Below, piece after piece: positions 1-8,760 of a stretch of DNA of 64,000 nucleotides; within the stretch, counting starts at the first letter, position 1, and every line of letters starts with the position of its first letter. Position numbers and translations under genes: made by a program. The notes beneath the pieces are model-generated. The model ran no database searches, had not been told where the DNA came from, and worked only from the letters and a program-made list of their open reading frames with translations. This DNA is from an uncultured Acidobacteriota bacterium (GTDB taxonomy: Bacteria > Acidobacteriota > Polarisedimenticolia > J045), in contig CAYQTA010000077.1 in NCBI GenBank assembly GCA_964420365.1, positions 13,070 through 77,069 on the forward strand, read 5' to 3'.

Positions 1-269
1 CCCACCGGGCCCGGGGAAACCGATGGGGGTCGGCGGCTCCGCCGCCCGCGGGCCCGGTGCAGTCCGTGCTCCCGCGTGGCGCCCCCGGCTCCCGCAGGAA
101 ACCCGGAACGCCCGAGGGGCCTTCGCCTGAGAAGTACGCCCTTCCGCACCGGCCCGCAACGAGAACCCGTGGCAGGATCACCGCATGTCACGTTCCGGGA
201 TCGCCCGGGTCGGTTCGCCTCGGCCCACGGGGCGGCCCCGGGCCACCCCGCTCCCCGGAGGTCCGTCCG

Positions 270-2474
270 ATGAACGGTTCCCGTCCCCACGACGTCGGCA
301 TCGAGATCCGTACCCTCGCCGGCGCCGACTTCTGGTTGCCCGAGGAGTTCGAGGGGCTGCGCGAGCTGGCCTACAACCTCTGGTGGAGCTGGAACCCCCG
401 GGCGCGGATGCTGTTCTCCAGCATCCACCCGGCCCTGTGGAACCGGTACCTCAACCCGGTCGAGGTCCTGATGCACGTGGACCCGCCCCACTGGGAGTCC
501 CTCCAGCTCTCGGATGCCTTCCAGGCCGCCTACGACATGGTGCTCTCCGAGTTCCGTCGCTACATGGAAGGCAGGCCGGAGCCCTGGTTCCGGCGGGCCT
601 TCCCCGGGTGGGACCGGGGTCCGATCGCCTACGTCTCCACCGAGTACGGCATCCACGAGAGCCTCGGGATCTACTCCGGCGGGCTGGGGGTCCTCTCGGG
701 CGACCACGTCAAGGCGGCCTCGGACCTGGGGCTGCCGTTCGTCGCCGTGGGCCTGCTCTACCGGCGCGGGTACTTCCGGCAGACGATCGACGCCGAGGGA
801 CGGCAGCAGCACTTCTACCCGGACTTCGACCTGGGCCGTCTCCCCGTGCTGCCCGTCCTGGATCACCACGGTCGCCCGCTGGTCGTCTCGGTGCCCCTCC
901 TGGACCGGAAGGTTCACCTCAAGGTGTACAAGGTCCAGGTGGGACGGGTCCCGGTCCTCCTGCTCGACTCGGACATCCCCCAGAACGAGCCGCAGGACCG
1001 CCCGATCACGCACATTCTCTACGTACGCGGCCGGGAAATGCGGCTCGCCCAGGAGATGTGCCTCGGCATCGGGGCGGCCCGCGCGATCCGCGCGCTCGGG
1101 ATCGAGCCGAGCGCCTGGCATCTCAACGAGGGGCACGTCGCGTTCCTCGCCCTCGAGCGGATCCGCGAGGAGATGCACGGCGGGGAACGCTTCCACCGGG
1201 CCATCGAGCTGGCGCGGCGGAACGTCGCATTCACGACGCACACGCCGGTTCCCGCGGGCAACGAGACGTTCGACGCGGACCTGGCGCGCCTCTACCTCGG
1301 GGGCTGGGCGTTGCAGCTCCGGGTCTCCCTGCGGGACCTGATGGCCCTCGGCCAGGTCCACCCGGAACGCGACGGAGAACCGTTCAACATGACCGCCCTC
1401 GCGCTCCGCGTCTCCTCGTTCCGCAACGGCGTCAGCCGTCGCCACGGCGAGGTCTCCCGCGAGATGTGGAGGGACCTGTTCCCCGGCGAGGAGCCGCCGA
1501 TCACCTCGATCACGAACGGGGTCCACGTCTCGACGTGGGTGGGCCTCGAGCTGCGCGACCTCTTCGTCCGGGTGATCGGCACCGACTGGGAGGAGACCGC
1601 GGGCCGCCCGGAGGACTGGCGCGGGGCGGTGAGCCGGATCCCGGACGACGAGCTCTGGACCGCCCACGAGGCACAGAAGCGGCGCCTGATCCGCTCGGCA
1701 CGCGAGAACCTCCGCCGCATGTACGCGCGCCACGGCGCCTCCCCCCGCTTCCTGGCATCGATCGAGCAGATGCTCGACCCGCGGGCGCTCACGATCGGTT
1801 TCGCGCGTCGCTTCGCGACCTACAAGCGGGCCGGCCTGGTCTTCACGGACATCCCGCGCCTGCGCCGCATCCTCGGTGACCCGGACCGTCCGCTCCAGAT
1901 CATCTTCGCCGGCAAGGCCCATCCCGCCGACCTGGCGGGGCAGGACCTGATCGCGAAGATCTTCCGCATCGCCCAGGGAGACGACTTCCGCGGCAGGATC
2001 GTCTTCCTCGAGGACTACGACACGCGGATCGCGCGCCTGATGGTCCAGGGAGTCGACGTCTGGCTGAACAACCCCCGGCGTCCCCTCGAGGCGAGCGGCA
2101 CGTCCGGCCAGAAGGCGGCGGCCAACGGTGCGCTCAATCTCTCGGTCCCGGACGGCTGGTGGATCGAGGGCTACTCGCCGGACGTCGGCTGGTCGATCGG
2201 TGGTGTCGAGGCCCTCCCGGACGAACGGGAGCAGGACGAACGGGACGCGGCGGCCCTCTACGAGCTGCTGGAGAACGAGGTGATCCCCCTGTTCTGGGAC
2301 CGGGACGAGGAAGGACTGCCCCGGGGCTGGATCGCGCGGATGCGCGCCTGCATCGGGGAACTCGTCCCGCGGTTCAGCGCGGCGCGGATGGTCGGGGAGT
2401 ACGTCGACCGGGCCTACGCCCCCCTCGCCGGGGCCGGTGCTCCCGGCGAACGGCCCCCGGGAGCGTCCGCCTAG
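270..2474 (+). CDS. glgP: alpha-glucan (glycogen/maltodextrin) phosphorylase, GlgP family with DUF3417-type N-terminus
   Basis: 735-aa frame with N-terminal motif LAYNLWWSWNP typical of the alpha-glucan phosphorylase family; ATG at 270 preceded by GGAG; upstream in-frame extension (57..269) is Arg/Pro-rich low complexity. Confidence 0.85.
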   Translation: MNGSRPHDVGIEIRTLAGADFWLPEEFEGLRELAYNLWWSWNPRARMLFSSIHPALWNRYLNPVEVLMHVDPPHWESLQLSDAFQAAYDMVLSEFRRYMEGRPEPWFRRAFPGWDRGPIAYVSTEYGIHESLGIYSGGLGVLSGDHVKAASDLGLPFVAVGLLYRRGYFRQTIDAEGRQQHFYPDFDLGRLPVLPVLDHHGRPLVVSVPLLDRKVHLKVYKVQVGRVPVLLLDSDIPQNEPQDRPITHILYVRGREMRLAQEMCLGIGAARAIRALGIEPSAWHLNEGHVAFLALERIREEMHGGERFHRAIELARRNVAFTTHTPVPAGNETFDADLARLYLGGWALQLRVSLRDLMALGQVHPERDGEPFNMTALALRVSSFRNGVSRRHGEVSREMWRDLFPGEEPPITSITNGVHVSTWVGLELRDLFVRVIGTDWEETAGRPEDWRGAVSRIPDDELWTAHEAQKRRLIRSARENLRRMYARHGASPRFLASIEQMLDPRALTIGFARRFATYKRAGLVFTDIPRLRRILGDPDRPLQIIFAGKAHPADLAGQDLIAKIFRIAQGDDFRGRIVFLEDYDTRIARLMVQGVDVWLNNPRRPLEASGTSGQKAAANGALNLSVPDGWWIEGYSPDVGWSIGGVEALPDEREQDERDAAALYELLENEVIPLFWDRDEEGLPRGWIARMRACIGELVPRFSAARMVGEYVDRAYAPLAGAGAPGERPPGASA

Positions 2475-2908
2475 CGGGCCGCCTTGCGGCCACCCTTCCG
2501 CGACGCCTTGCGGGACGTCCCGGGGGCCCGCCCCCCGGCCTTCTTCCCGGCCGCGGCCTTCGCCCGGTCCACGATCGCCTGCAGGTCCTTCCGGCCGCGA
2601 CGCCACTGCTGGTAGTGCCGGCTGCACAGCCCGAGGGCGTAGTGGTCCGCGCCGCATCCCTCGACGAGACACCGCTCGTGGAGGGGCGGTCGTCCCGGCT
2701 TCTTGCCCGAGGCCGTCCGCGACCGGGAACCCGACGCCAGCCGCGTGACCTTGCGCTCCAGGGCATCGAGCCGCCGCTCGATGGAGCGAAGGAGCCGGGC
2801 CAGCCCCTCCGCGCCGTCGAGCTTGCGCAGGCGGGCGTCCACCAGTTCTCCGACCAGTTCGCGGAACAGGCCGTCGACACGCTTCGCCGTCTTCGCACGC
2901 TTCGCCAT
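2471..2908 (-). CDS. hypothetical protein with coiled-coil N-terminus and C-terminal Cys/His cluster (HERCLVEGCGADHYALGLCSRHY)
   Basis: 145-aa ORF, ATG at 2906-2908 with AAGGA upstream; Lys/Arg-rich termini; possible zinc-ribbon; convergent 4-nt overlap with glgP stop. Confidence 0.5.
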   Translation of the reverse strand: MAKRAKTAKRVDGLFRELVGELVDARLRKLDGAEGLARLLRSIERRLDALERKVTRLASGSRSRTASGKKPGRPPLHERCLVEGCGADHYALGLCSRHYQQWRRGRKDLQAIVDRAKAAAGKKAGGRAPGTSRKASRKGGRKAAR

Positions 2909-3049
2909 GAAGAGGATCCTTTCCCCGGCCAGTCGATGCGGGGACAGGCCGGACGGGCCCGCGAGCCGAGGGCGGGCAGGCGGACAAAATATGTCTATTC
3001 CCTGCGGCCCGCAAGCGCCCCGGGTTGCGGGGAAAGGATCGCCGACGTC

Positions 3050-3532
3050 CTACCAGTCGGAGTAGCGCGACCCGTCGAGCGCGTAGTCCTGGGACTTCGA
3101 GAAGACGTCGTACAGGTTGTCACAGGAATCGTTCCGCTCGTCCGGATCGTCCTCGTACCCGCGGCAGTCCCAGGACGCCTCCCCGGTCATCGGGTCCACG
3201 GGGATCCGGCGCAGGAACTTGAGCACGACCGGCTCCTGGTCCGCCGCCGGCTTGACCTCGACCCCCTCCACCAGCATCTCGAGGTCCTTCGGGTACATCA
3301 TCCACTCCAGGTCCCAGGGCTCGATCTGTCCGTGCACCGCGTACTCGTGGTAGAGGTCGATCGCGTCCCGCATCATCCGCAGCTTCCGTTTCAGCTCGAT
3401 CTCCTTCAGCTTGCGATGATGATGGTGGACCAGCGGCTGGGCGGCCAGCGCCAGGATCGACATCAGGGCGAGGACCACCAGCATCTCGATGAACGTCAGT
3501 CCCCGTTCGTGCCCCTCGCGTTCCGTCGTCAT
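3050..3532 (-). CDS. pseudopilin with prepilin-type N-terminal cleavage/methylation domain (GspG / type IV pilin-like)
   Basis: Internal ATG at 3530-3532 gives 160 aa starting MTTEREGHERGLTFIEMLVVLALMSILA (classic G-FTLIE prepilin motif plus hydrophobic helix); GGAGG RBS; longer track ORF (3050..3844) has Arg-rich junk N-terminus. Confidence 0.8.
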   Translation of the reverse strand: MTTEREGHERGLTFIEMLVVLALMSILALAAQPLVHHHHRKLKEIELKRKLRMMRDAIDLYHEYAVHGQIEPWDLEWMMYPKDLEMLVEGVEVKPAADQEPVVLKFLRRIPVDPMTGEASWDCRGYEDDPDERNDSCDNLYDVFSKSQDYALDGSRYSDW

Positions 3533-3551
3533 CGATCGCTTCCTCCGGTCC

Positions 3552-5939
3552 TTACCTACGGGGCACCCCCCCGCCGCGTCCACCGCGTCGGCCGCGGAAC
3601 AGCTCCCGCAGCCTGCCGCCGACCCGGCCGAGGAACGAGCGATGCCGGGGACACGGGCCCGGAAGCCGGTCCCGCGGGAACACCTCCCGGACCCGGGTCG
3701 GACAGCCGGGCGTGGCCCGGCCGCCGGTCTCCGGGTCGATCTCCACGACCGCAACGCCGGCCGGCGCCTCCGGCAGCGGCGCGAGAAGGTCGGGAGCGGG
3801 CGCCCGGACGATCTCGCCCACGACCGGCAGTGCCGCGCCCGCACCCGACAGCGCGGCCGGCTTCCCGTCGTCCCGCCCGACCCAGGTGACGACCACCGCG
3901 TTGCCCGAGACCAGCGCGAACCAGGCGTCGCGTCCCCGCTGGCTCGTCCCGGTCTTGACCGCGGGCACGCGGTCTCCCGTCCAGGCCAGGATGCGGCGGC
4001 CGGTACCGCGGCGAGCCACGTCCCGCATCATGTCGAGGACCATCCAGCAGGCCTCCGCCGGCAGGACCCGTTCCCCGGCGGGCACCGGCCGCAGGGCCGG
4101 CGCCTCCTCCCCCGCTCCCGCGGCGAGCCCCCGGACCAGGTGGGGCCGGACCCGGCGCCCGAGGGTCGCCAGCGCACCGTACGCGGCCGCCAGATCCAGC
4201 GGCGACACCTCGAGGGTCCCGAGGGGCAGCGACGGGACGTCCGGAACGCCCGGGAAGCCGGCGGCCGTCGCCCACCGGGCCAGTTCCCGGTGCCCGAGGG
4301 CGAGGCCCAGCCGGACGAACGGAACGTTCCAGGAGTGCACGAGCGCCTCCCGGAGGGTCACTTCGCCGTGCCAGGCCCCGTCGTGGTTGCGGGGTCGCCA
4401 CGGGCCCCGCGGGGTGGCGATCTCGAGGGGAGCGTCCTCGAGGCGGCTCGCGGGAACGAACCGGCCGGAGGCCAGGGCGGCGAGCGCGACGAACGGCTTG
4501 AAGGAGGAACCGGGCTGCCGCCGGGCGGCGAGGGCCCGGTCGAATCCCCCGGGAACTCCCCGTCGCCCACCGACCAGCGCGATCACCTCCCCGGAGGCCG
4601 GGCGCAGGACGATCACCGCGCCCTCGAGGGGGCGCCGGGCGGGCCGGTCCCGTTCCAGCCGGCGCAGTTGCCGTTCGAGGGCCCGCCGGGCCAGGCCCTC
4701 GAGGAACGGATCGATGCTGGTGTGGACCGTGACCGGTACCGGCCCGGGAGCCGGCTCCCATCCCCGCCGGGCGAGCTCGCGGCGAACCGCGTCGAGGACG
4801 TCCCCGCCGGGGTCGAGCCGGCGAGGTGGCGGTGCGACCCCCAGCGGCGTTCTCCGCGCCGCCTCCGCCTCGGACGGATCCAGCCAACCGAGTGCCGCCA
4901 TCCTCCCGAGCACCCAGTTCCGGCGCTCCCGGGCCGCCTCGGGATGGCGGCGGGGATCGAAGCGCCCCGGCGAGGAGATCATCCCGGCGAGGGTGGCCAT
5001 CTCGGGAAGGCGCAGGTCCCCCACGTCCTTGCCGAACCAGAAGCGGCTCGCCGCGGGGATCCCGACGATCGAGACGGAACCGTCCTGCCCGAGGTAGACC
5101 TCGTTCAGGTAGGCCTCCAGGATCTCCTCCTTGGACATCCGGGTCTCGATCCACGCGGCGAGGAGGGCCTCCCGGAGCTTGCGCCCCAGCGTCCGGCGGC
5201 TGCCGACGACGCGGTTCTTGACGAGCTGCTGGGTGATCGTGCTTCCGCCCTGGAGCGGTCCCCCTCCCCTCAGGTCGGCCCACAGGGCCCGCAGGATCGC
5301 CCGGGGGTCGATCCCCCGGTGTCGCCAGAAACGGCCGTCCTCGGCGGCGAGCACCGCACGAACCAGGCGCTCGGGGAAGGCCGCGAGGGGGAGCGGCCGA
5401 CGTTCCTGCAGGTGCCGACCGTGGAATGACCCGAGCAGGAACGGCTCCAGCGTGAAGGCGCGGAGGCGTCGCCCGTCGGCCCCGAGGAGCCGCTCGATCC
5501 TGCCGTCCCGCACGACGACGCGCACCCAGGCGGCCGGGAGGCGGCCGCCCGGAACCGGGCAGGCCCGCCGGTGGATCTCGAGCCCATCCCCCCGTTCCCG
5601 CCAGCTCCCCGGCAGGCGGGCGGCCTCCCGCGCCTTCCGGTACCCGAGGGCCCGGAGCGCCGCGGCGAGGCCGCGCGGGTCGAGGTTCATCCCCTCCTCG
5701 AGGACGGGAGGGGCCGAGAGCACCCGGACCGGGGCCAGCCGGGGCGCCCGGCGCAGCCGCCGCACGGCCCGTTCTCCGCTGACGGCGAGGGCGAGGAACC
5801 CCCAGGCGGCCAGGGCAAGGGCAAGGGCGATCCCCCCCGCCCACCAGCGGGCCCGCGACGGCCGGGAGCGCCGAGGCGATCGCCGGGACGATCCCGCCAC
5901 CTTCCGCCTCCTGGTCGTCGTCTTCCGGCCTCGCGCCAC
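3552..5939 (-). CDS. mrcA: class A penicillin-binding protein (PBP1A-type bifunctional transglycosylase/transpeptidase)
   Basis: Glycosyltransferase-51 motifs EDGRFWRHRGID and GGSTITQQL; transpeptidase SSFKP (SxxK) and KTGTS motifs; Arg-rich cytoplasmic tail followed by TM helix; GTG start. Confidence 0.85.
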   Translation of the reverse strand: MARGRKTTTRRRKVAGSSRRSPRRSRPSRARWWAGGIALALALAAWGFLALAVSGERAVRRLRRAPRLAPVRVLSAPPVLEEGMNLDPRGLAAALRALGYRKAREAARLPGSWRERGDGLEIHRRACPVPGGRLPAAWVRVVVRDGRIERLLGADGRRLRAFTLEPFLLGSFHGRHLQERRPLPLAAFPERLVRAVLAAEDGRFWRHRGIDPRAILRALWADLRGGGPLQGGSTITQQLVKNRVVGSRRTLGRKLREALLAAWIETRMSKEEILEAYLNEVYLGQDGSVSIVGIPAASRFWFGKDVGDLRLPEMATLAGMISSPGRFDPRRHPEAARERRNWVLGRMAALGWLDPSEAEAARRTPLGVAPPPRRLDPGGDVLDAVRRELARRGWEPAPGPVPVTVHTSIDPFLEGLARRALERQLRRLERDRPARRPLEGAVIVLRPASGEVIALVGGRRGVPGGFDRALAARRQPGSSFKPFVALAALASGRFVPASRLEDAPLEIATPRGPWRPRNHDGAWHGEVTLREALVHSWNVPFVRLGLALGHRELARWATAAGFPGVPDVPSLPLGTLEVSPLDLAAAYGALATLGRRVRPHLVRGLAAGAGEEAPALRPVPAGERVLPAEACWMVLDMMRDVARRGTGRRILAWTGDRVPAVKTGTSQRGRDAWFALVSGNAVVVTWVGRDDGKPAALSGAGAALPVVGEIVRAPAPDLLAPLPEAPAGVAVVEIDPETGGRATPGCPTRVREVFPRDRLPGPCPRHRSFLGRVGGRLRELFRGRRGGRGGGVPRR

Positions 5940-6053
5940 GGGTCTCCTCCACCGGCGCCATCATGGCACCGCCCCGCCGGCGATCGCCACGCCCGCGTGG
6001 GCGCCCGGCGCCCCCCGTGGCAGACTGGATCGCACGTCCACGGAGGATTCGCG

Positions 6054-7193
6054 ATGCCCGCTTTCCGTCTCGTCGTTCCGGCAGTCCTGGCCGCGCTACT
6101 CCTCGTGCCGGCAGCCGTCCTTGCCCAGCAGTCCCCCCGCGCGGCCTGCGAGCCCGGGACCGGTCCCTCCGTCGACCGGGAGGACGTGCTGGCCCTCTCC
6201 CGCGGGGGCAACCCGGTGGAGCTGGCGCCGGGCGCCACGCTCCTCGCCACCCTGGACCGGGAGACGCTCTGCCCCGACCTGCCCGACGGGATCCCTTGCG
6301 TCGTTCCCGGGCCGGTACGCCTCGCCTGTACCCGCGTCGCGGGAGACGTGGACCTCGCGGGGATCGTCGTGCGCGGGGACCTGGTCCTCGACGGGGCGGA
6401 GCTCGAGGGCTCGCTCCATCTCGCCGGGGTGCAGGTCCTGGGGGCGGTCCGGTTCGCCGGGGCCGAGATCGCCGGCGACGTCCTCCTGGACGACGTGCTG
6501 GCGTCGCGCGGGATCGTCGGCGACGACGCGGGGATCCGGGAGGGGCTGAGCCTCCGGCGCCTCCGCGTCGTCGGCGACCTCTCGGTCTCCGGCTGCGAGA
6601 CCGGTGGCGCGCTGCAGGTGGCGGACAGCCTGGTCACCGGGGAGGCCGACCTCTCCCTCGACCGGGGCACGTCGATCTCGGTGACCAACGTCGCGGTGCT
6701 CGAGGACCTGGTCCTCGAGTCGACCCGGATCGACGAGGACGTGCACCTGGAGCGGGTCGGGATCGGTGGCTCCCTCGACACCGACGAGCTGGACGTGCGG
6801 GGCGACATGGCGATCGTCGGCGCGCAGGTGGCCGAGGACGTCTCCATCGCCGGCAGGATCCGCGGCGGTCTCCGCGTGGCCGACACCAGCCTCGAAGGAG
6901 ACCTGGAGCTCATGGAGGCCACGGTGAAGGGGCCGGTGGAGCTGCAGGCCGTCCGCACCGAGGGAGAGGTCTACCTCGACGAGGCCCGGCTCGAACGCGG
7001 CCTCCGGGTGACCGACTCGTCGATCGAGGAGGGTATCGACCTCGGCGAGAGCACGATCCACGGAGACGTCGTCCTCTCGGGAAGCCGCTTCGGGGGACCC
7101 GTCGATGCGAGCGAGGCCCGGCTCGACGCGGCGCCCCGCGTCGTCGCCTGCACGCCGCCGGATCCCCTGTCGGACGCCGCCGGGGACGACTGA
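6054..7193 (+). CDS. secreted repeat protein (imperfect ~20-aa Asp/Gly/Val/Leu repeats, beta-helix-like)
   Basis: ATG at 6054 then signal peptide MPAFRLVVPAVLAALLLVPAAVLAQQ; body made of repeats such as GDVDLAGIVVRGDLVLDGAELEGSLHLAGVQVLGAVRFAGAEIAGDVLL; strong GC3 bias. Confidence 0.6.
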   Translation: MPAFRLVVPAVLAALLLVPAAVLAQQSPRAACEPGTGPSVDREDVLALSRGGNPVELAPGATLLATLDRETLCPDLPDGIPCVVPGPVRLACTRVAGDVDLAGIVVRGDLVLDGAELEGSLHLAGVQVLGAVRFAGAEIAGDVLLDDVLASRGIVGDDAGIREGLSLRRLRVVGDLSVSGCETGGALQVADSLVTGEADLSLDRGTSISVTNVAVLEDLVLESTRIDEDVHLERVGIGGSLDTDELDVRGDMAIVGAQVAEDVSIAGRIRGGLRVADTSLEGDLELMEATVKGPVELQAVRTEGEVYLDEARLERGLRVTDSSIEEGIDLGESTIHGDVVLSGSRFGGPVDASEARLDAAPRVVACTPPDPLSDAAGDD

Positions 7194-7307
7194 ACGGGCG
7201 CGAACTTCGTCGCCGCCAGTGACTTGCCTTCCGGGGCGGCCGGACCCAGCGTCTTGCCGGGGAGGTCGCACGCCGGGCGGTGTCATGCCCGGAAGGAGCA
7301 GCTCGCC

Positions 7308-7901
7308 ATGACGACGAAGACCCTCGTCCGGATCGTTCTCCTCCTGGTCCTCGCCGCGGTCCTCGCGGCCCCCGTGCCGACCCTGGCGGCGGACCTGGCC
7401 GGCACCACCTGGGACCTCGGCGGCAACCTCTACGGGAAGATCAGGAAGGTGGACCAGATGTCCCTCGACCTCTCCTCCGCCGAGGTGCGCCTCGAGTTCC
7501 ACGAGGACGGTACGTGCCTGCTGACGATCGACCTGCCGGAGCGGTCGGCCTTCTCCCTCGCGTCCGCGAGGACCCCGCTGGGGGCGACGTCCTGCCCGGT
7601 GGACCTCTGCGTCTCCGGTCGCTGGCACCAGGGCAGGAAGACGCGTTTCACCGTGGACTTCAACGACACGGACCTGGTCGCCCTGATCCAGCCCCTCGCC
7701 CTGATGATCTACCGGACGACGGCGGACGTGCCGGACGTGAGGATCCGGACCGACCGGGCCAGGGGAAAGGTGGCGAAGGACGGGGGATCCCTCCGGCTGA
7801 AGGTGAAGGTCAAGGCGCAGGTCCGGGCGTCGGAGGACGCGAAGCCCCGCAAGTTCGTCACCCGGCTGGCCCTGACCGGCCGGCCGGTCCCGGGAGAGTG
7901 A
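7308..7901 (+). CDS. secreted hypothetical protein
   Basis: ATG at 7308 preceded by GGAAGGAG; signal peptide MTTKTLVRIVLLLVLAAVLAAPVPTLA; GC3-biased frame. Confidence 0.55.
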   Translation: MTTKTLVRIVLLLVLAAVLAAPVPTLAADLAGTTWDLGGNLYGKIRKVDQMSLDLSSAEVRLEFHEDGTCLLTIDLPERSAFSLASARTPLGATSCPVDLCVSGRWHQGRKTRFTVDFNDTDLVALIQPLALMIYRTTADVPDVRIRTDRARGKVAKDGGSLRLKVKVKAQVRASEDAKPRKFVTRLALTGRPVPGE

Positions 7902-7928
7902 CGGGCGCAGAGCGCACCCGCACCGGCC

Positions 7929-8717
7929 CTACAGGGTGACCTTCTGGACCCGGCTGCCGGGCACGATGTCCCTCCGCCCGTCGGCGAAGCGGACCTGGGC
8001 CTTGTGACCGCCGTCGTAGTCCTTCGCCCAGACCTCGATGGCGACCCGCTTCCCCTCGTACCGCCCCGGGCGCGAGGAAGGGCGGTCGATCCCTCGCCAC
8101 ACCCGGACGAACGGGTTCCGCTCCAGCTCGTGGGCGACGGTGGTCGGCTCCCCGTGCCCGGGATAGAGCGTCGTCTCCCCGGGCAGGGCCAGGACCTTCT
8201 CGAGGATCGTCTGCTGGAGTTCCTCGAACGTGCCGTGGCCCGGGTGGACGGTGCTGCCGACGCTGCCGCGGAAGACCGTGTCCCCGCACCAGAACCCGAC
8301 CCCGGGGACGTGCAGGCCGAGCTGGCCCCGCGTGTGCCCCGGCAGGTGGACGACCTCGGCGGTCCAGGCCGCGAACTCGAACCGGTGCCCTTCCTTGACG
8401 ACGCCGGTAGCCCCCGGGGTCCGGGCCTTCTCGAGGGGATGGGCGAGGACCGGGGCGTCCAGGTTCCGCGCGAGGAACTCGTTCCCCGCCGAGTGGTCGT
8501 AGTGCCCGTGGGTGCAGAGGATCGCCACGATCCTGACCCCGTGACGCCGGACCATCTCGAGGATCGCCGGCGGGTCCGCACCGGTATCGACCAGGAGTCC
8601 CCGTCCTTCCTCCCGGCCCGCGACCAGCCAGCTGTTCACCTTCCAGCCGGCATGCTGGATGCGGTCGATGATCACGCGCAGCTCCCGCGGATCCTCCGCC
8701 TTGACCGCGTTCAGCAT
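7929..8717 (-). CDS. MBL-fold metallo-hydrolase (glyoxalase II-like)
   Basis: ATG at 8715-8717; motif ILCTHGHYDHSAGN (HxHxDH metallo-beta-lactamase signature) and downstream His/Asp ligands; C-terminal ~55-aa extension. Confidence 0.8.
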   Translation of the reverse strand: MLNAVKAEDPRELRVIIDRIQHAGWKVNSWLVAGREEGRGLLVDTGADPPAILEMVRRHGVRIVAILCTHGHYDHSAGNEFLARNLDAPVLAHPLEKARTPGATGVVKEGHRFEFAAWTAEVVHLPGHTRGQLGLHVPGVGFWCGDTVFRGSVGSTVHPGHGTFEELQQTILEKVLALPGETTLYPGHGEPTTVAHELERNPFVRVWRGIDRPSSRPGRYEGKRVAIEVWAKDYDGGHKAQVRFADGRRDIVPGSRVQKVTL

Positions 8718-8760
8718 ACCCGAAGCCCCCCCCGGCCGGAAGGGGTCCGGGAACCGGTCC

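Noticed and set aside
185-1879. 564-aa + strand ORF (and 514..1341 + 275 aa; 1292..1792 -, 1019..1261 - and 1510..1758 - antisense ORFs) overlapping the phosphorylase gene
   Set aside because: Alternative frames of a gene with clear family motifs; products are Arg/Pro/Gly/Ser-rich low-complexity, typical of out-of-frame translation of 70% GC DNA
3556-5964. 802-aa minus-strand ORF and 3712..5097 + 461-aa ORF overlapping PBP1A
   Set aside because: Same locus as the PBP1A frame, which carries the transglycosylase and SxxK/KTG motifs; the alternatives are Arg/Gly/Pro-rich with no domain signal
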